Of a stretch of 64,000 nucleotides of DNA, positions 51,901 through 64,000 are shown piece by piece. Below the pieces are notes generated by a model. That model searched no databases. It was not told where the DNA came from and was given only the letters and a program-made list of their open reading frames with translations. Location: positions 1 to 64,000 of the forward strand of contig KZ538060.1 in the NCBI GenBank assembly GCA_000934665.2, given 5' to 3'. How positions within the stretch are numbered: position 1 is the first letter of the stretch; each line of letters begins with the position of its first letter. This DNA comes from Catajapyx aquilonaris (taxonomy: Eukaryota). The position numbers and the translations under genes are program-made.

Positions 51901-54227
51901 GAACCCCTCAGGGCCTTCCTGCTCCTGTTCCCAACACCATAGGTATGCTGAAGCTATAGAACTCTCCAGCTTTACAGATCAATCCGGCACTTACTGCATG
52001 GGGTCACAACATGGGTCATGTTTCTGGCCGGTTATGCAACGTAGCCCGCGAGAGGTCGCGAGGGAATTCACGCGGACATGTGATACTTGCCAAAAGGCAA
52101 AAGCCTAACATAACGTAACCTCCTTTTCCAAATTTCCTTGTAGGCGTGACGCAGGTGTGATGGAGGTGTGATTCAAGTGTGACGCAGTATGATGCTGAAT
52201 ATACGTTCGTTCGAATATGTGTAACCTTTTTCCAGCACCCTGTACCGGATGTAACGAATCATCTGTCCACTCGTCACGTACCCTCGCTCTCTTGCAAGGG
52301 CGTGAAAATAGATGAGCTCGGAAGAGGAAGATCCGGAATTAGACCCCCCTAGGTTTGCCATGACCTGCATGGGCAAAAGGCCATCATTGACCTCTCACGA
52401 ATTCACGACCGTCCATGGGCCACCTTATTACCTGCTCCTGCCTAGAGAACCGATTTCCACACGTCTTTCCATTTACGCCTATCGATTCAGGGATATAGAG
52501 ATGGAGAGAGGACAGGGGGGGTTTCGATAAGGTGGATGGTGCGTGATGCGCAATGCAAACTGGCAGAGGTAATTGGAAATCCATGCGGATTAAGCACAGA
52601 GTGATGCGTAATGTGTACGGCAGGTTCATTATTATCGTATTACGTCTCCAGGTTCTGGGATGTCATCAATGCATGTTAAGCTCCAGATTGTCGTTAAAAA
52701 TTGGGATGAAGCAAGGAGATAGGTGCGTTTATATTTTTAATTAAGAGATTGGCATCAAATGGGCAGGTAATTAATATTATTACCCAAATATATTACAATG
52801 TAAATTCGCATCCGCATGTAGCATAATGTGACAGAGATAATGTGATTCATTTAGTTCCATTAATTTATAATAGTGCTGGATACCATATTGTTCCTGAAGT
52901 GCTCAACAATGAATGGTAAACTTTCCCCTACTATTATTGATCTCCCTACAAGAACAGTACTTATGCGACAACCCGGTTGTTTGCTGAATATAACAGGCTC
53001 GTCAACGTTTTCGTTAGCTCCGGAGTTGCCTCTTTGTAATATAGGAAAACCTGGTTGAGAGAAAATCTATTGCCACGGCGAAAAAGGCAGAAAATAGTTT
53101 ATAGCCTCAAAAGAACTAGGACGTCCCATTGATGTCAACATACAGCTTCATAAACATGAATATGTACATGAATATACCTGTAACATACATGTAGTAGGAC
53201 CACAGCACATTGAATCAAACCAGGGACAACTTTTTATATTATAATCCTGCAGAGAACCAGTCCTATAGACAAAAATCCATTTCGCCCACACCTTGATTTT
53301 CTCCCTAGAGTCCTTCCTATCTGATAAGCACTCTTTGAAGCGTAACCCAATTTGAGGAAGCTTTTCAGGAGGCCAAAACGTGCAACAAAGCCCATAACAG
53401 CAAAAAAATCTGAACATCAGGTGTGACCTTCAAAGAGACGACCGACGTCCATACGAAGCTCTAGAAATCGCCTGGTCAATCAACAGAAATGTCAAAGAAA
53501 AGTTTCGAACAATGGTGTCCAGGTGCTATATGGACAGGGTAAAGGTGTATTGTTCTATGACCTTCACCTTGCAGTATATTTTCTGGACATATTTTTTTTC
53601 TTTTAAAGGTCACATACACATTTCCGTATCCGGTAACTCATTTCGCTCAAAGGAAAAACAAGACGCATTACTTTCCTCTTGCATATATCAAACTCGACAG
53701 GGATCCACTTCAAAGTTGAATCCTGCTTGCGTCTTATTTCAACCGGGATTAGTCTCTGGATAAAGTTTTTGGCGAAATTCCGGGTCGTCTTGTTGTTTTT
53801 TTCGTTCGTTTCGTCCACACCGGCAACATAAGGAAAATTGTTCATTCCTTAACCAAGACGAATAAGTACGGGAGAAAAAAATATGACTTGGACCAAATGC
53901 AGCCTTTCCTCATTAAGAAACTCAGGAGTAATTACATCCCAAGTAAACTCTGATGAATTTGCTTTTTTCGCCCCCAGGGAGCGCCCCTAGGAGCGAAAAA
54001 AGGCAAACGCACTTCTGCCTCTTCTCTCTTCATTATGAAGGCGTTAAGCCTCCGAATATAAAATCAGACAAGATAAACTGTAGGTTTTTTGCTATACACC
54101 CTGCCCTCTAGCCATCAGTCATACACTGTAGTTACAGTGCAATGCACTGAAACGAGGAACCAGTTTGACGTGTCCATATTTGTTATTCTTATTACGTTAA
54201 TTATGGTTGGGAAGAGGAACTCGAGAT

Positions 54228-55155
54228 ACTAGTTCCCCCTCCCAACCACCAGAGGCGCTTCCTCCTCCCATTGCGCAGGGGGGAGGCCAATCAGAAGCCT
54301 CGGTCATACAACAAAGGATTTTAATATTATAGATGTGTACTGAAAATTCTTACAAATTTAATTGACGAATGAACTAACCAATCTTCCTTCCAAAGAAATA
54401 CCAGAAGCCTATAACTGCTATCAACAATCCCATGCCCTATTAGTCCAACTGCCCCAATTAATGTCGAACCGTTATTAGAGATTCGTTTGGAGAGGCCATA
54501 ACCGCCTGCCTTTCCATTGTGGGTGGACTAATAAACCAAACCGTTAATCATCTAACAGTCCATAAACCTGCGTAGAAGGTACGCGGGTTAGGCTGTAATT
54601 TGCAGTCGCGGTTTTATTCCATTTACGTGCGTCGTATATATTGCCGCGGAATTCCCAGTGCGACATTTCAATTGCGACCGGATCTCATGTGTGGAAGCCA
54701 TAAGGATCAGGCTTATCTTGATCCGGAATCGAACCGTTGATCATGACATCTGTGTCATTGCTGCGGGGGACAATTTTCACCAGTTTTTTTTTCCAGGTCT
54801 TCTTCAGAAAAACCGCCGGAAGCTCCGTAACGAGCCGAGCCGAGTCCATTACAGCTGTTGCGCTTCTTCAAGTGGCCATTTTCTCTCGACGATTGAGCAG
54901 AAGAGGTTCTAAGAGATGGGGTGAGGTGAGCTCTGTGCATCAAATAATGATTCAATGCCTGGGCACACGGCCTTCGTAGACGCCTACGCATTGTGTCAGC
55001 ACGCAATGCGCGGTCACGAATGTGCGGTGTACTGAAGTGCGTTGAAAATAATGGCGAAATTTGTCAACAACTAGTTCCTCCTCCCAGCCACCAGAGGTGC
55101 TGATTCCTCCCATTGCGCCGGCGCAGAACCCCCAATCGGAAGCCTCAGTCGTACA
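54228..55155. repeat. Two diverged copies of a ~85-bp repeat (~54228-54310 and ~55070-55155)
   Basis: ACTAGTTCC.CCTCCCA.CCACCAGAGG.GCT...CCTCCCATTGCGC...CCAATC.GAAGCCTC.GTC.TAC occurs in both. Confidence 0.7.
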
Positions 55156-57002
55156 TAAATTTTAACATTGTAAATAAACAATAGCAAGAATCTCCATCCA
55201 TAGTCCTGTAATTTTAGAACAATCGCCTCAATCACGGTGGCCTCAATAGACATATCCGATGAGATGCAATAGTTACAGGTCGTACAGTTTTTTTTCCACT
55301 GCCAAAACATTGTATGCGGATTGGCCTAAATATAGCGCAGCGACCGACTTTATCTAAATTGGGACAAAAGGCCAATCACGAACGAGTGCGATTCTGTTGA
55401 TTTTTCACAACCGCTGCCACTGCTCATCTTACATAATTGAACATCCCTGCCTTTTATTGTCTCACACGAAAGGGCTACAATGAGGACCCGAATTCGGCCA
55501 ACAAAGGAGTGCGTTTCGGAAGACAATTAATTCCGGGACAATGAAAAATATTGCACAAATTCATCATGACGTCGACAGTTTCAAGTTCCGCCATAATTAA
55601 AGGTCATTTGAATATCATCTAACTTTTGAAGTAGAAGCCACACACAATGTACGCTAGTAAGCAAAGGTTGACACGATTCATTTGTTAGAAGCCACTACAG
55701 TGTGTTGCAAGCCAAACTACAAAATAGAGAAGCGGAATATTTTTTTGTAAAAAGAAGGGTCGGTGGTCAGCACAAAGGAGGCCCCTGGCTCTAAACTTTG
55801 TTGACTTTATTGTTAACCCTCTGACGCTTTTGGAGCTTGTTTACCTTTCAGCTAGTTCAGTGAGTTAAGCTTCATTAGACAAAGAACCACTGCAAGCAAA
55901 TGACATTAGTACGCTTTTACATTAAATTATTTAATATTTAAAATAGCATCATCATTGTCAGAATAATAATTTCTTTAAATGTCAGAAATCGTGCATATTT
56001 CGAACTTGAATATAAGACATTTGCCTTGGGATAATTGCATAATCGTCTTTAAAAGACAGGCTCCGACCTGAGCCGTACTACAAAATATTCTCTCCGGAAA
56101 TGGTTGCCGATGACTTCAAAGGAACATCATCAGACGAGAACAGGAAAGGCGTAACCTTTCATCTCAGTCCGGGTCAAACCCAGATTCGAGCAGATGAATA
56201 AGGCTATACCGTACCCTCTAAAACCTCGAAAATTTTAAATCCAGGCACACATTATTATCTAGTTAACACCAGCATGAGAGTACTGCTCAAAAGGTTGAAC
56301 AAAATAACATTTGGCGACGCGATTTATCTTCCGCTCACAGCTATTGTACCTGATTTCCCCCGGTATCTTCGGGACAATAAACCTTCTGATTAGGTTGCCA
56401 TCCGGACCATCTATCAGGTAACTACCTACGCGGAAACCTTTCCGGACCGTCTTTCAAGATCTGGATAGATTATTTCCGCGCACTATTTCCTATAAATCGA
56501 GATGAAGTATCATCCTTAACCTGTAAAGTAACTGCCGGTAGATTTTAGCTTACTCAACAGATATTGTCGCCTGTCAGGTGACAAAATTGACACTTCAACG
56601 TTTATAATAAGACCAGCTTATAATGGCTTGTGATTTATCGCGGTCTGGCACATCACCCTTCAAAAGTAGTCACGGAATCTCGCTAATTTACCCCGATCAA
56701 CCTACGCACACTATTTTCCCGGAACAACAACATAGTATAGTTCATACATTTAAAAAAGTGGTTGCTACGGATCACAAATTATGTAACAGATACACGGTAC
56801 TATCTGAAGGTAAACGATGCTGATCGAGATCAGCAAAGGGGAGCTCCTAATGGAACGGGATTCAAAGTGTGCTCATCCAAGCCCACCCTTAGACGCCTCG
56901 AGTCGTTTCACGACTAAAAGGAAACTCTAATGAACCGCTTTGCTGCTAAAATGTGGCACGCCTTTCTGGATAAATCGCTGGTGAAAACAAAAGCAACCGC
57001 TT

Positions 57003-57130
57003 GGAGCGCTGCCTTCGTCCACGTAGAGCGCTTCCGTCGCCCACGTGGAGCGCTGCCGTCGACCACGTGGAGCGCTGCCGTCGACCACGTAGAGCGCTGC
57101 CTTCGCCCACGTGGAGCGCTGCCATCGCCA
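57003..57130. repeat. 22-bp GC-rich minisatellite (~6 copies)
   Basis: Unit GGAGCGCTGCCGTCGACCACGT repeated head to tail with few substitutions. Confidence 0.9.
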
Positions 57131-58834
57131 ATGTTAATTACTGTCTTTGGATACCCAATTACCTAAGCCGACTCGAGCGTGTGTCTTTTCAGTCAGCAAC
57201 ATTTTGAAGCCACTTTGCTAGCTAATTTGATCCTCGGGGTCTGGATGTAGAGTAAAAATGTGGCCCATATCAAACGAAGGTTGGACTGGGCGAAGCTTGG
57301 TTAGGGTGGGGCATAAAAATAGCAGTGCGCTTTAATCCTTCCTCTCGCTAACGAGTAGAGAGAGAACGTTTAGCCGGGTAAACAGAGTAATTGGTCATCT
57401 AGCCGGAGCTGCGTGGAGCCAGGCCAATCCAAACAGCCGAATTTTCGCCCCCGACAGAGAGAGAAAAACCTCATCCGAACCTACTATTTTTTTGTTATAT
57501 AGATATTTCGAGTCTGTGATCTAATCAATAGCGGTTTTGTAGTACGTGGTTGGAGTCTCGATGTGATGCTCCTGGAGATGGCACCAATGATAATTATCTT
57601 AAGAAAGTAATCATGAAGACAATTTTCAAGAAGAGGTGTCAAAAATCCTGAGAATCATCATGCTCTCTTAAAATTAAGTGACAAAAATATTCGTAATAAT
57701 TTAACAAGTTTAAGTAATATCCGCTAGTAGAAACCTACAACAATAATGTGACTTAACATTATTATCTATAGACATCCAAAAAATTTACAACTGCACTTGT
57801 GCAGAACTGTGGCCAACTATAGTTCTACTTTGCATTAACCTTTTCACAAGCGACAAACTCGCACAAAAGTCTCTGGAAGACTCAATTATTTGCCCGAAGA
57901 AGTGACGAAATTCCTAGTTTCATTAAGTTTTCTTACTGCTGCAGTTTCTCTTGCTGGGACTTCCAGACCTCAGGTTTGATCAATACAAAATCTAATTTCC
58001 AAACAAGTCTGCACGGGTTTTGCTCCCCAAAATCTTGTCGCACAGGCCTATATCCGGCAGAATACACTGCAAAGCTCCTAGTAATTATTGACGCATATTT
58101 CTACTGGGAGTCCAGCATGCTGGTACAATATTCATCCAAAGTGAGGCCCAAAATTTTGAATCTTCCCGAATTATCGGCCATATTGAATTCAAAATGGCTG
58201 CCAAATCCTAAGAAGCTGTTTTTTTGAAACATAATTTTGACGTCCCTGCTTTTGTGAGGGATGACGCACAAGGTGGGTCAGAAACAACGTTCCAAAATAA
58301 ACCCTCTTCCCAAAGATGTTTCCTCTCTTTCTTGGCCCCTGAAAGGCCCAATAATGGCGGCCCGCTCATTTTCTTGTGGGATTGAATTGCAGGCGGCCAC
58401 CCTTAGCGGTGGCCATTAGCAACCCCCTCTTTCCTACCTTCCAGTTGTACTCAACGCGTTTATGGAGGCCCTCATTTCGCATTGGGATCCACCTTGGATG
58501 CAATTTGCCAGCGGCACTTCCGGGACGTCATCCGGGATACCTTGCTTTCCACGCTAATGGCTTCCATTCCTCCTAATCGGCCGACGCTACTTTCGGCACA
58601 ACCGTTTCCAGAGGAGACTAGTCTCTTATTTCCCATTATCATAGGTGTAATTGGCCCCAGTTCTCTCTTTGCGTGGCACCAACACTGTGTATGTCATTCC
58701 AGGTTTGAAACCAGTAAAGTCTTGAAAAGTCGGGGTTTTCCAGAGTTTTTCGGTGCCATGTTGCAACATTTGCAAGAAATGTACAGAGATTACAATACAG
58801 CAATGTTTTAGTACTAGTTGCCTCATATTTTGTA

Positions 58835-59098
58835 CTAGCTGCGGCACCCGGCATTGCCCGTGAAGAAATGAATGAAGAGAAAACACCTGCCAGTACCCCC
58901 ATCAACTGTCTGTCTTTCTGTGTGTCCGCCCTTCAATGCCATCTGTGGTCCTGCTACTCCAGCAGCTTCAACCTCTCCCGCCTGTATAACGGCAACCGTC
59001 ATTTGCCTGCCATCTGTACTGAACCCCCAACACCTCCAGACAGACAGACAGAGAGGCAGACAGACAGACAGACTCACAAACGGCTCTATTTATATAGA
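58835..59098 (-). mobile_element. Non-autonomous Helitron (Lep1-like architecture)
   Basis: Minus strand: A|TCTATATAAATAG 5' end, (CTGT)n microsatellite, 3' GC-rich hairpin CGGGCAATGCCGGG, then CTAG|T; no TSD. Confidence 0.75.
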
Positions 59099-60772
59099 TT
59101 GCCGTGTAATTAGCATGCTGCTCCGGGGATGTCTGTATACAACGAATACTGAATATTATTACAGATTTCAATGCACAACGCTAGTCCGCATGAAAAGTCT
59201 ATCCACAGATCGTTATCATTAGTACAGCTAGTTGAAATAGTAGATCATAATCTGATGCATCTATGAAGTAGTTACATAAGTAATTTGATAGCGATACTTT
59301 CAAAATACTAGCATTGCTTCAACATATTGTGCAGGCAAATAATGCTGTGCAACCTACAGAGCTTTAAAAGGTCATGAAAATAATTAAAGTAGAAATTGGC
59401 AGGTCAATAAATGCGGTTACAGCCTCATTAAGCCACATTTCACTCGCAAAACGATGAATGGTTTTATGTGTGAACACACAAAAACTGAAACATAAAAACG
59501 TACAACTCATTCAATACCAATTTTGCAATATTCTTCCCACTCGACAATTATTCGAAAAAGTGACAGCAATTGTGCACATATTCAACACAACTGTACCTAT
59601 TAAAACAACAACCAAAAAACTGCTCTGTTTAATTAACCTGAGCTTCCACCCACGTAACGTCAGCAACAGATAAATCCCACAGCTTTTTACCCTTCAGCAC
59701 CTAAATCATCAGATAGGTTTTAACTGCAGCCTGGGAAAACTATAACCAGTTGTTGATGTTTGCCTTATCCTACGTATATCTGAGTATAAAGGAAGAAGTG
59801 AAAAAAGAGGAGGGGGCCCCCGCTTTGATGAAGTAATTGCATGCCCTTTTTGGAAAAAGGATTCATGGTTTACGACAGAGTTTACGGTGGCTACTAAAAT
59901 CAGATGGATGACGCTGTAACCCTATGCGGTGATCATTACAGCCCTTGCTCCCCTGTGTGCGTGCAGGCAGCTCCTGGCCAAAGTCAACTAACTGTTTTCA
60001 TGAGCACATCCGATTTAAAGATACGCCCGCCTTATATTGCCACTTACAGGTCTCGTCACCTTATAACAATGAAAGTGGCTGACTGTCCACGTCACGACTC
60101 CTATTTGCACATAGAGTATGTATGTAATACAGATGACCTTATCCTGAAATTGAAGAGCCATTCTTACATGGAAGGCATGTTGGTTGCCCTACATAGTCAG
60201 GATAACCTTTTCTTAAGGGGCCTTACAGCTGTCATTATACAACATGCAGTAGTACAGTACAGTGGAGTTTAACTACCTTGGAGCAGTTTTGCGTACCGAA
60301 ATTGCTCAATTTCGTTCCTTTAGGGTTTAGGTCAGGTTTAGGTAGCAGACATGTTCTTGGACATGTTGCTCTAAGAAAAATAAAACTATAGCTTACATTT
60401 GGAAACATCTGGTTACATCATTTAAAATACTATTACAACAAAAAATACAGACTGTCTTACACGATACAATTCAAAATTAGAGGTATGGAAGTAAAAATAT
60501 CCCGAAAAATTTGAAAAGTTGGTCACGTATTCAATCCTCTTTCCGTACTTTTCCTTCGCATTTACATATAGCCTGGTGGGTTCACCCTTCACATTTTGCT
60601 CCTCTCCATTGTGGCAGATGGCGAAGAGCAATGATCCCCAAGCCATTGTGTGACCAAAATATTTCAAATGACTCTCCCAACAATTGATTTGTTACGAACA
60701 TGTCAATTACGCATTGTGCCAATTATATCATTTTTTTTCCAACCCGGTAAGCTTGTAGACACTACGAAGAGG

Positions 60773-60930
60773 TCAGTCTCCTCTAATCACCACCCCCAGC
60801 AATTCCAGCAAGGCAATATGAGTTAGTTGTTTGCCTTGTATATCACTCATCCCACCATCCAATTTGTTCATCCCACCATTGTGTGCCATCCTGTCAAATA
60901 TCACTCTCATGTAGACTATCACTCTTCTGA
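60773..60930 (-). pseudogene. Possible decayed non-LTR retrotransposon RT fragment
   Basis: Translation IQGKQLTHIALLELLGVVIRGD* resembles the LINE RT C-terminal I.G..L.....K.LGV.I..DL motif; short and degenerate. Confidence 0.3.
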
Positions 60931-61284
60931 AACCCCCACAACCCGGCTCAACACCTACAACCCCTAACATCATTTATTACCACTTACTTCCTCCACAGTT
61001 TTACACACCTGACGCTGATAATCCCTATACTTTTCCCGGCCATGGTCAGAAAATTCAAACTTCGTGCACTTGTTTCTCCCAAGCACTTGTTGCAAATACC
61101 ATGCGTTAAGAGGCCTTGGCCACCATTGTGCGGTAGTGGAGTCCCCTGTCGGTGGCGTCTGTGGTTAACCCACGTTCTTTGCCTTAGAAGACTGACAGTT
61201 AGCGTAACAGCGCAGCGGTTGTTGAGCTTCTGCAAAAGTATTGAATCGCAAGTCGGGCACTTGTTGCTGCCTAGCCCCCCCCCT

Positions 61285-61374
61285 NNNNNNNNNNNNNNNN
61301 NNNNNNNNNNNNNNNNNNNNNNNNNNNNNNNNNNNNNNNNNNNNNNNNNNNNNNNNNNNNNNNNNNNNNNNNNN
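61285..61374. other. Assembly gap (90 N) flanked by poly-C
   Basis: N run between C homopolymers. Confidence 0.98.
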
Positions 61375-64000
61375 CCCCCCCCCCCCCCTCTCGCCTCTCC
61401 ATCGGCTTGTGGGCGTAATGCGGATCTTTTGTGGCCGCATGACAACGACACGTGACAAATTGCAGGCGAGAGACCCACGGTGCATTAATGCCTTGCACAA
61501 GTGCGATTGATGGAGAGGAAGGCGGGGCAGATTCTAGAAATGTTCTAGGTCAAAAGTTTACGTGACATTTTTGGCAGGGAATTGCGACTTATTTGATATG
61601 CAAAATCAACCGGGTTTTGACAAGGCTAAAGTGTCAAGCCAAATGCCAGAATCCTATTTTAATTCACAAATTGAGACAACCTTTGTTACTTACGAATGCT
61701 TACAAGAATTGATCGTCACACAAATTATGGCATTTCATAATTAATCAAATCATAACTGAAATCGGGTGATTCCCAGGATATTCCCCCTGTACAAGGATAT
61801 CTTCGTATTAAATTATCCTCGTAAATTGCAGGCCAACTCTAATTGAACCGTAATGTATTAATCCCTACGAGTAACGCAAGCAGTAAATCAGACCCTCCCA
61901 TTAGTGAATTAACTTTTAACGCAAAATCTCGAAAATTGCAAATCCATTTCTAAAAAAAAAAAAATCTGATAAATAATTCGGAAAACCCAATAATCGGATT
62001 CGGATATTGCATCATGAACGGGGCGAGAATATTGACCTAGAGCTATTGTGTGGATAAAAGTGTCGCCATTTCATCCCCGGGTGTAGTAGGTATACTCTAC
62101 CTGGCTGTGGCTGCAGCAGCTGCACCTGGTGGGGGGTAAAAAAATCAATAGCCGGCCCCAGAACAAACGAACCCTCTCCCTTGATGATGCAGATGCCGAC
62201 GTCCCCCAAGCCTTCATTACATCCCCAACACCCATTGCCATCAGCCCCATCTCATAATTCGATATACTAAGGAGTTAACTCTCGACAAAGAAGCACTTTA
62301 CAGGTTGGCAGTTTTGCCGAGAGATGGCGTGGATGTGAGATGAGGCTAGTTGTGAGATGGCCAGAGATGAGGCTACAGTACACCTGCTTAAAAATTTAAT
62401 GAAGTGATAGTTGTTTGTTATAGGGCTCATTTGGTTTCCACCAGGATCCTGACATGGAATGAGGTATAAAAGCACAAAGCTTTATTGTGGGCATAACGCA
62501 ATGAATGAGCAATTACAGAGTACTGTGTAAAACGCAATTTTGCACTCTGTGACATTTGCCTATTAAAATAACTCGCAATATTATTAGGTGCGGATTTTAG
62601 CAGGAATTAGTGTTTTTCACAAAGCGTTTGGAGTCCTCCTATGCGACATTATATTCCATTGGACAATATATTGTGCGCTGTACTTCATATCCATGATCAT
62701 AATTGTACTTACACAACTCCTACGAAATATTGCAACATCTAAGATGTCGTCAGCTTTATTCCAACTCTATCAGACTGTTGCATCATGGTCTAAAATTACA
62801 ACAGAGTCATCCTGGGTGAATGGATTGCTAAATAAGGAAGGATAATTCCAGAACCTATCCTTATGTATTAATAGACTCGAGAGTTAATGCCGTGAAAATT
62901 ACTCCTGGAGCACGCACACAAATTCGACAATTTCCCTCCGTTGGTTATGGATATATTACCAGGGTTTGCTCGTTTGACCTTTCATGACTGACAATCCACC
63001 TGGGCCTTATCTTCTAGCTATCTTCACGAATCCTTCCTGCCATTACATTACCCATCACTCACCCTACCTGATAAATGTGTTATTAGACCCGCAAATGAAT
63101 GGGTTCAGTCCCCTTCCAGACAGAACCGGAACTCGACCACCATTCCCTGCCTTTGCGACACATCCGACCTGAATATTGTCTCAAGCTTTCCCCAGTACTC
63201 GACAAGTTTCGCCATGCAGCGACACCACGGGCAATTCGTTCTAGTGCTCGAGCAAACATCCTCCAAACTCATTAAACAACCAGAATCCCTAAATCTATTG
63301 ACATAATTGGGAGCCGCCTTCCTGGAAACAAGACATTTCAACAAGGGAGATAAGGCGCGCCATATGACCGAGTTTGGCCCCAGATGGGCCCTACGACATT
63401 CAAGTTGGAAGTTTCGAGTGTTGAAGCACTCACTTCCTCATCCACAGGTCCAATTATAGCTACTATCTGGTCCTGATTATCATCGTCAACGGTCTTTTAC
63501 GTTGCTCACGCTTGAATATTATTTTTTTAACGGTTTTACAGGGCGAACCCGTTTTGACCGTTTAACGGTTTTAATGCCCAAATCTTTTTGACCGTTTAAC
63601 CGTTTTCAACGGCGAAACTTCTTGGCATGGTCTATATGTCGCAAATGGCTTAATGACCTGAAACGTTTAGGTCATGTCAGTAGTATTGCCATCCATCATA
63701 TTGCAACGCGGCCTCCCAAGGCACCATGTTTTATTAAGTCAGAAGCATGAAGGCCTGGCCCACTATTCAAGTCAACACTGTGTCCCTCAGTCACGACTTA
63801 TAGTCATTAAATTTCAGGCAAAATATGCAAATATTAGCTCCCCATCTTTAGATACAATTACTTCAAGTCATTCTGAAGTGTGGTTCACGTATTATCCAAA
63901 GAATGTGACCATCTGTTCTCTCTGTGCTCCTGTAACCGGAACCAACATAGTTTCTATAACACTCACCATTTTCATTCTAACTTCCAAGGACGCCCAGACT

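Noticed and set aside
56100..56470. Decayed ORF or endogenous viral fragment
   Set aside because: Few stops in one frame but no recognisable motif; compatible with chance without a TBLASTX hit.
57003..57130. 22-bp repeats as a CRISPR array
   Set aside because: Units are directly adjacent with no spacers.
60984..61510. ORFs spanning the N gap
   Set aside because: Artefacts of N translation and poly-C/G runs.
63160..63344. Tc1/mariner HTH relic (NYVNRFRDSGCL)
   Set aside because: Similarity covers only a dozen residues; no TIR or catalytic motifs seen.

Overview
Eukaryotic, arthropod-like genomic DNA, judged from short GT-AG introns, an RR-2 cuticle protein and an Lm1-type SINE; there are no prokaryotic systems. 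Three + strand genes were reconstructed by hand. (1) An intact pogo/Tigger (TIGD/CENP-B family) transposase-derived ORF at 9809-11401. It is entered through short spliced 5' exons, has its third catalytic Asp replaced by Gly and keeps only its 3' TIR, so it is a domestication candidate. (2) A two-exon RR-2 cuticular protein gene at 17604-19159 (392 aa) with a TATA box and Inr. (3) A 52-coding-exon VPS13A/C-type lipid-transfer protein gene at 27295-45683 (about 3,529 aa, all exon phases consistent) that looks divergent and has an in-frame uORF. Intergenic DNA holds MITEs with readable TIRs and TSDs (one nested), Helitron-like elements, a tRNA-derived SINE, a TSD-flanked retroposed insert, satellites, long perfect hairpins and a 90-N gap. 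No database search or alignment was run; family calls rest on motifs recalled from memory and coordinates were counted by hand.
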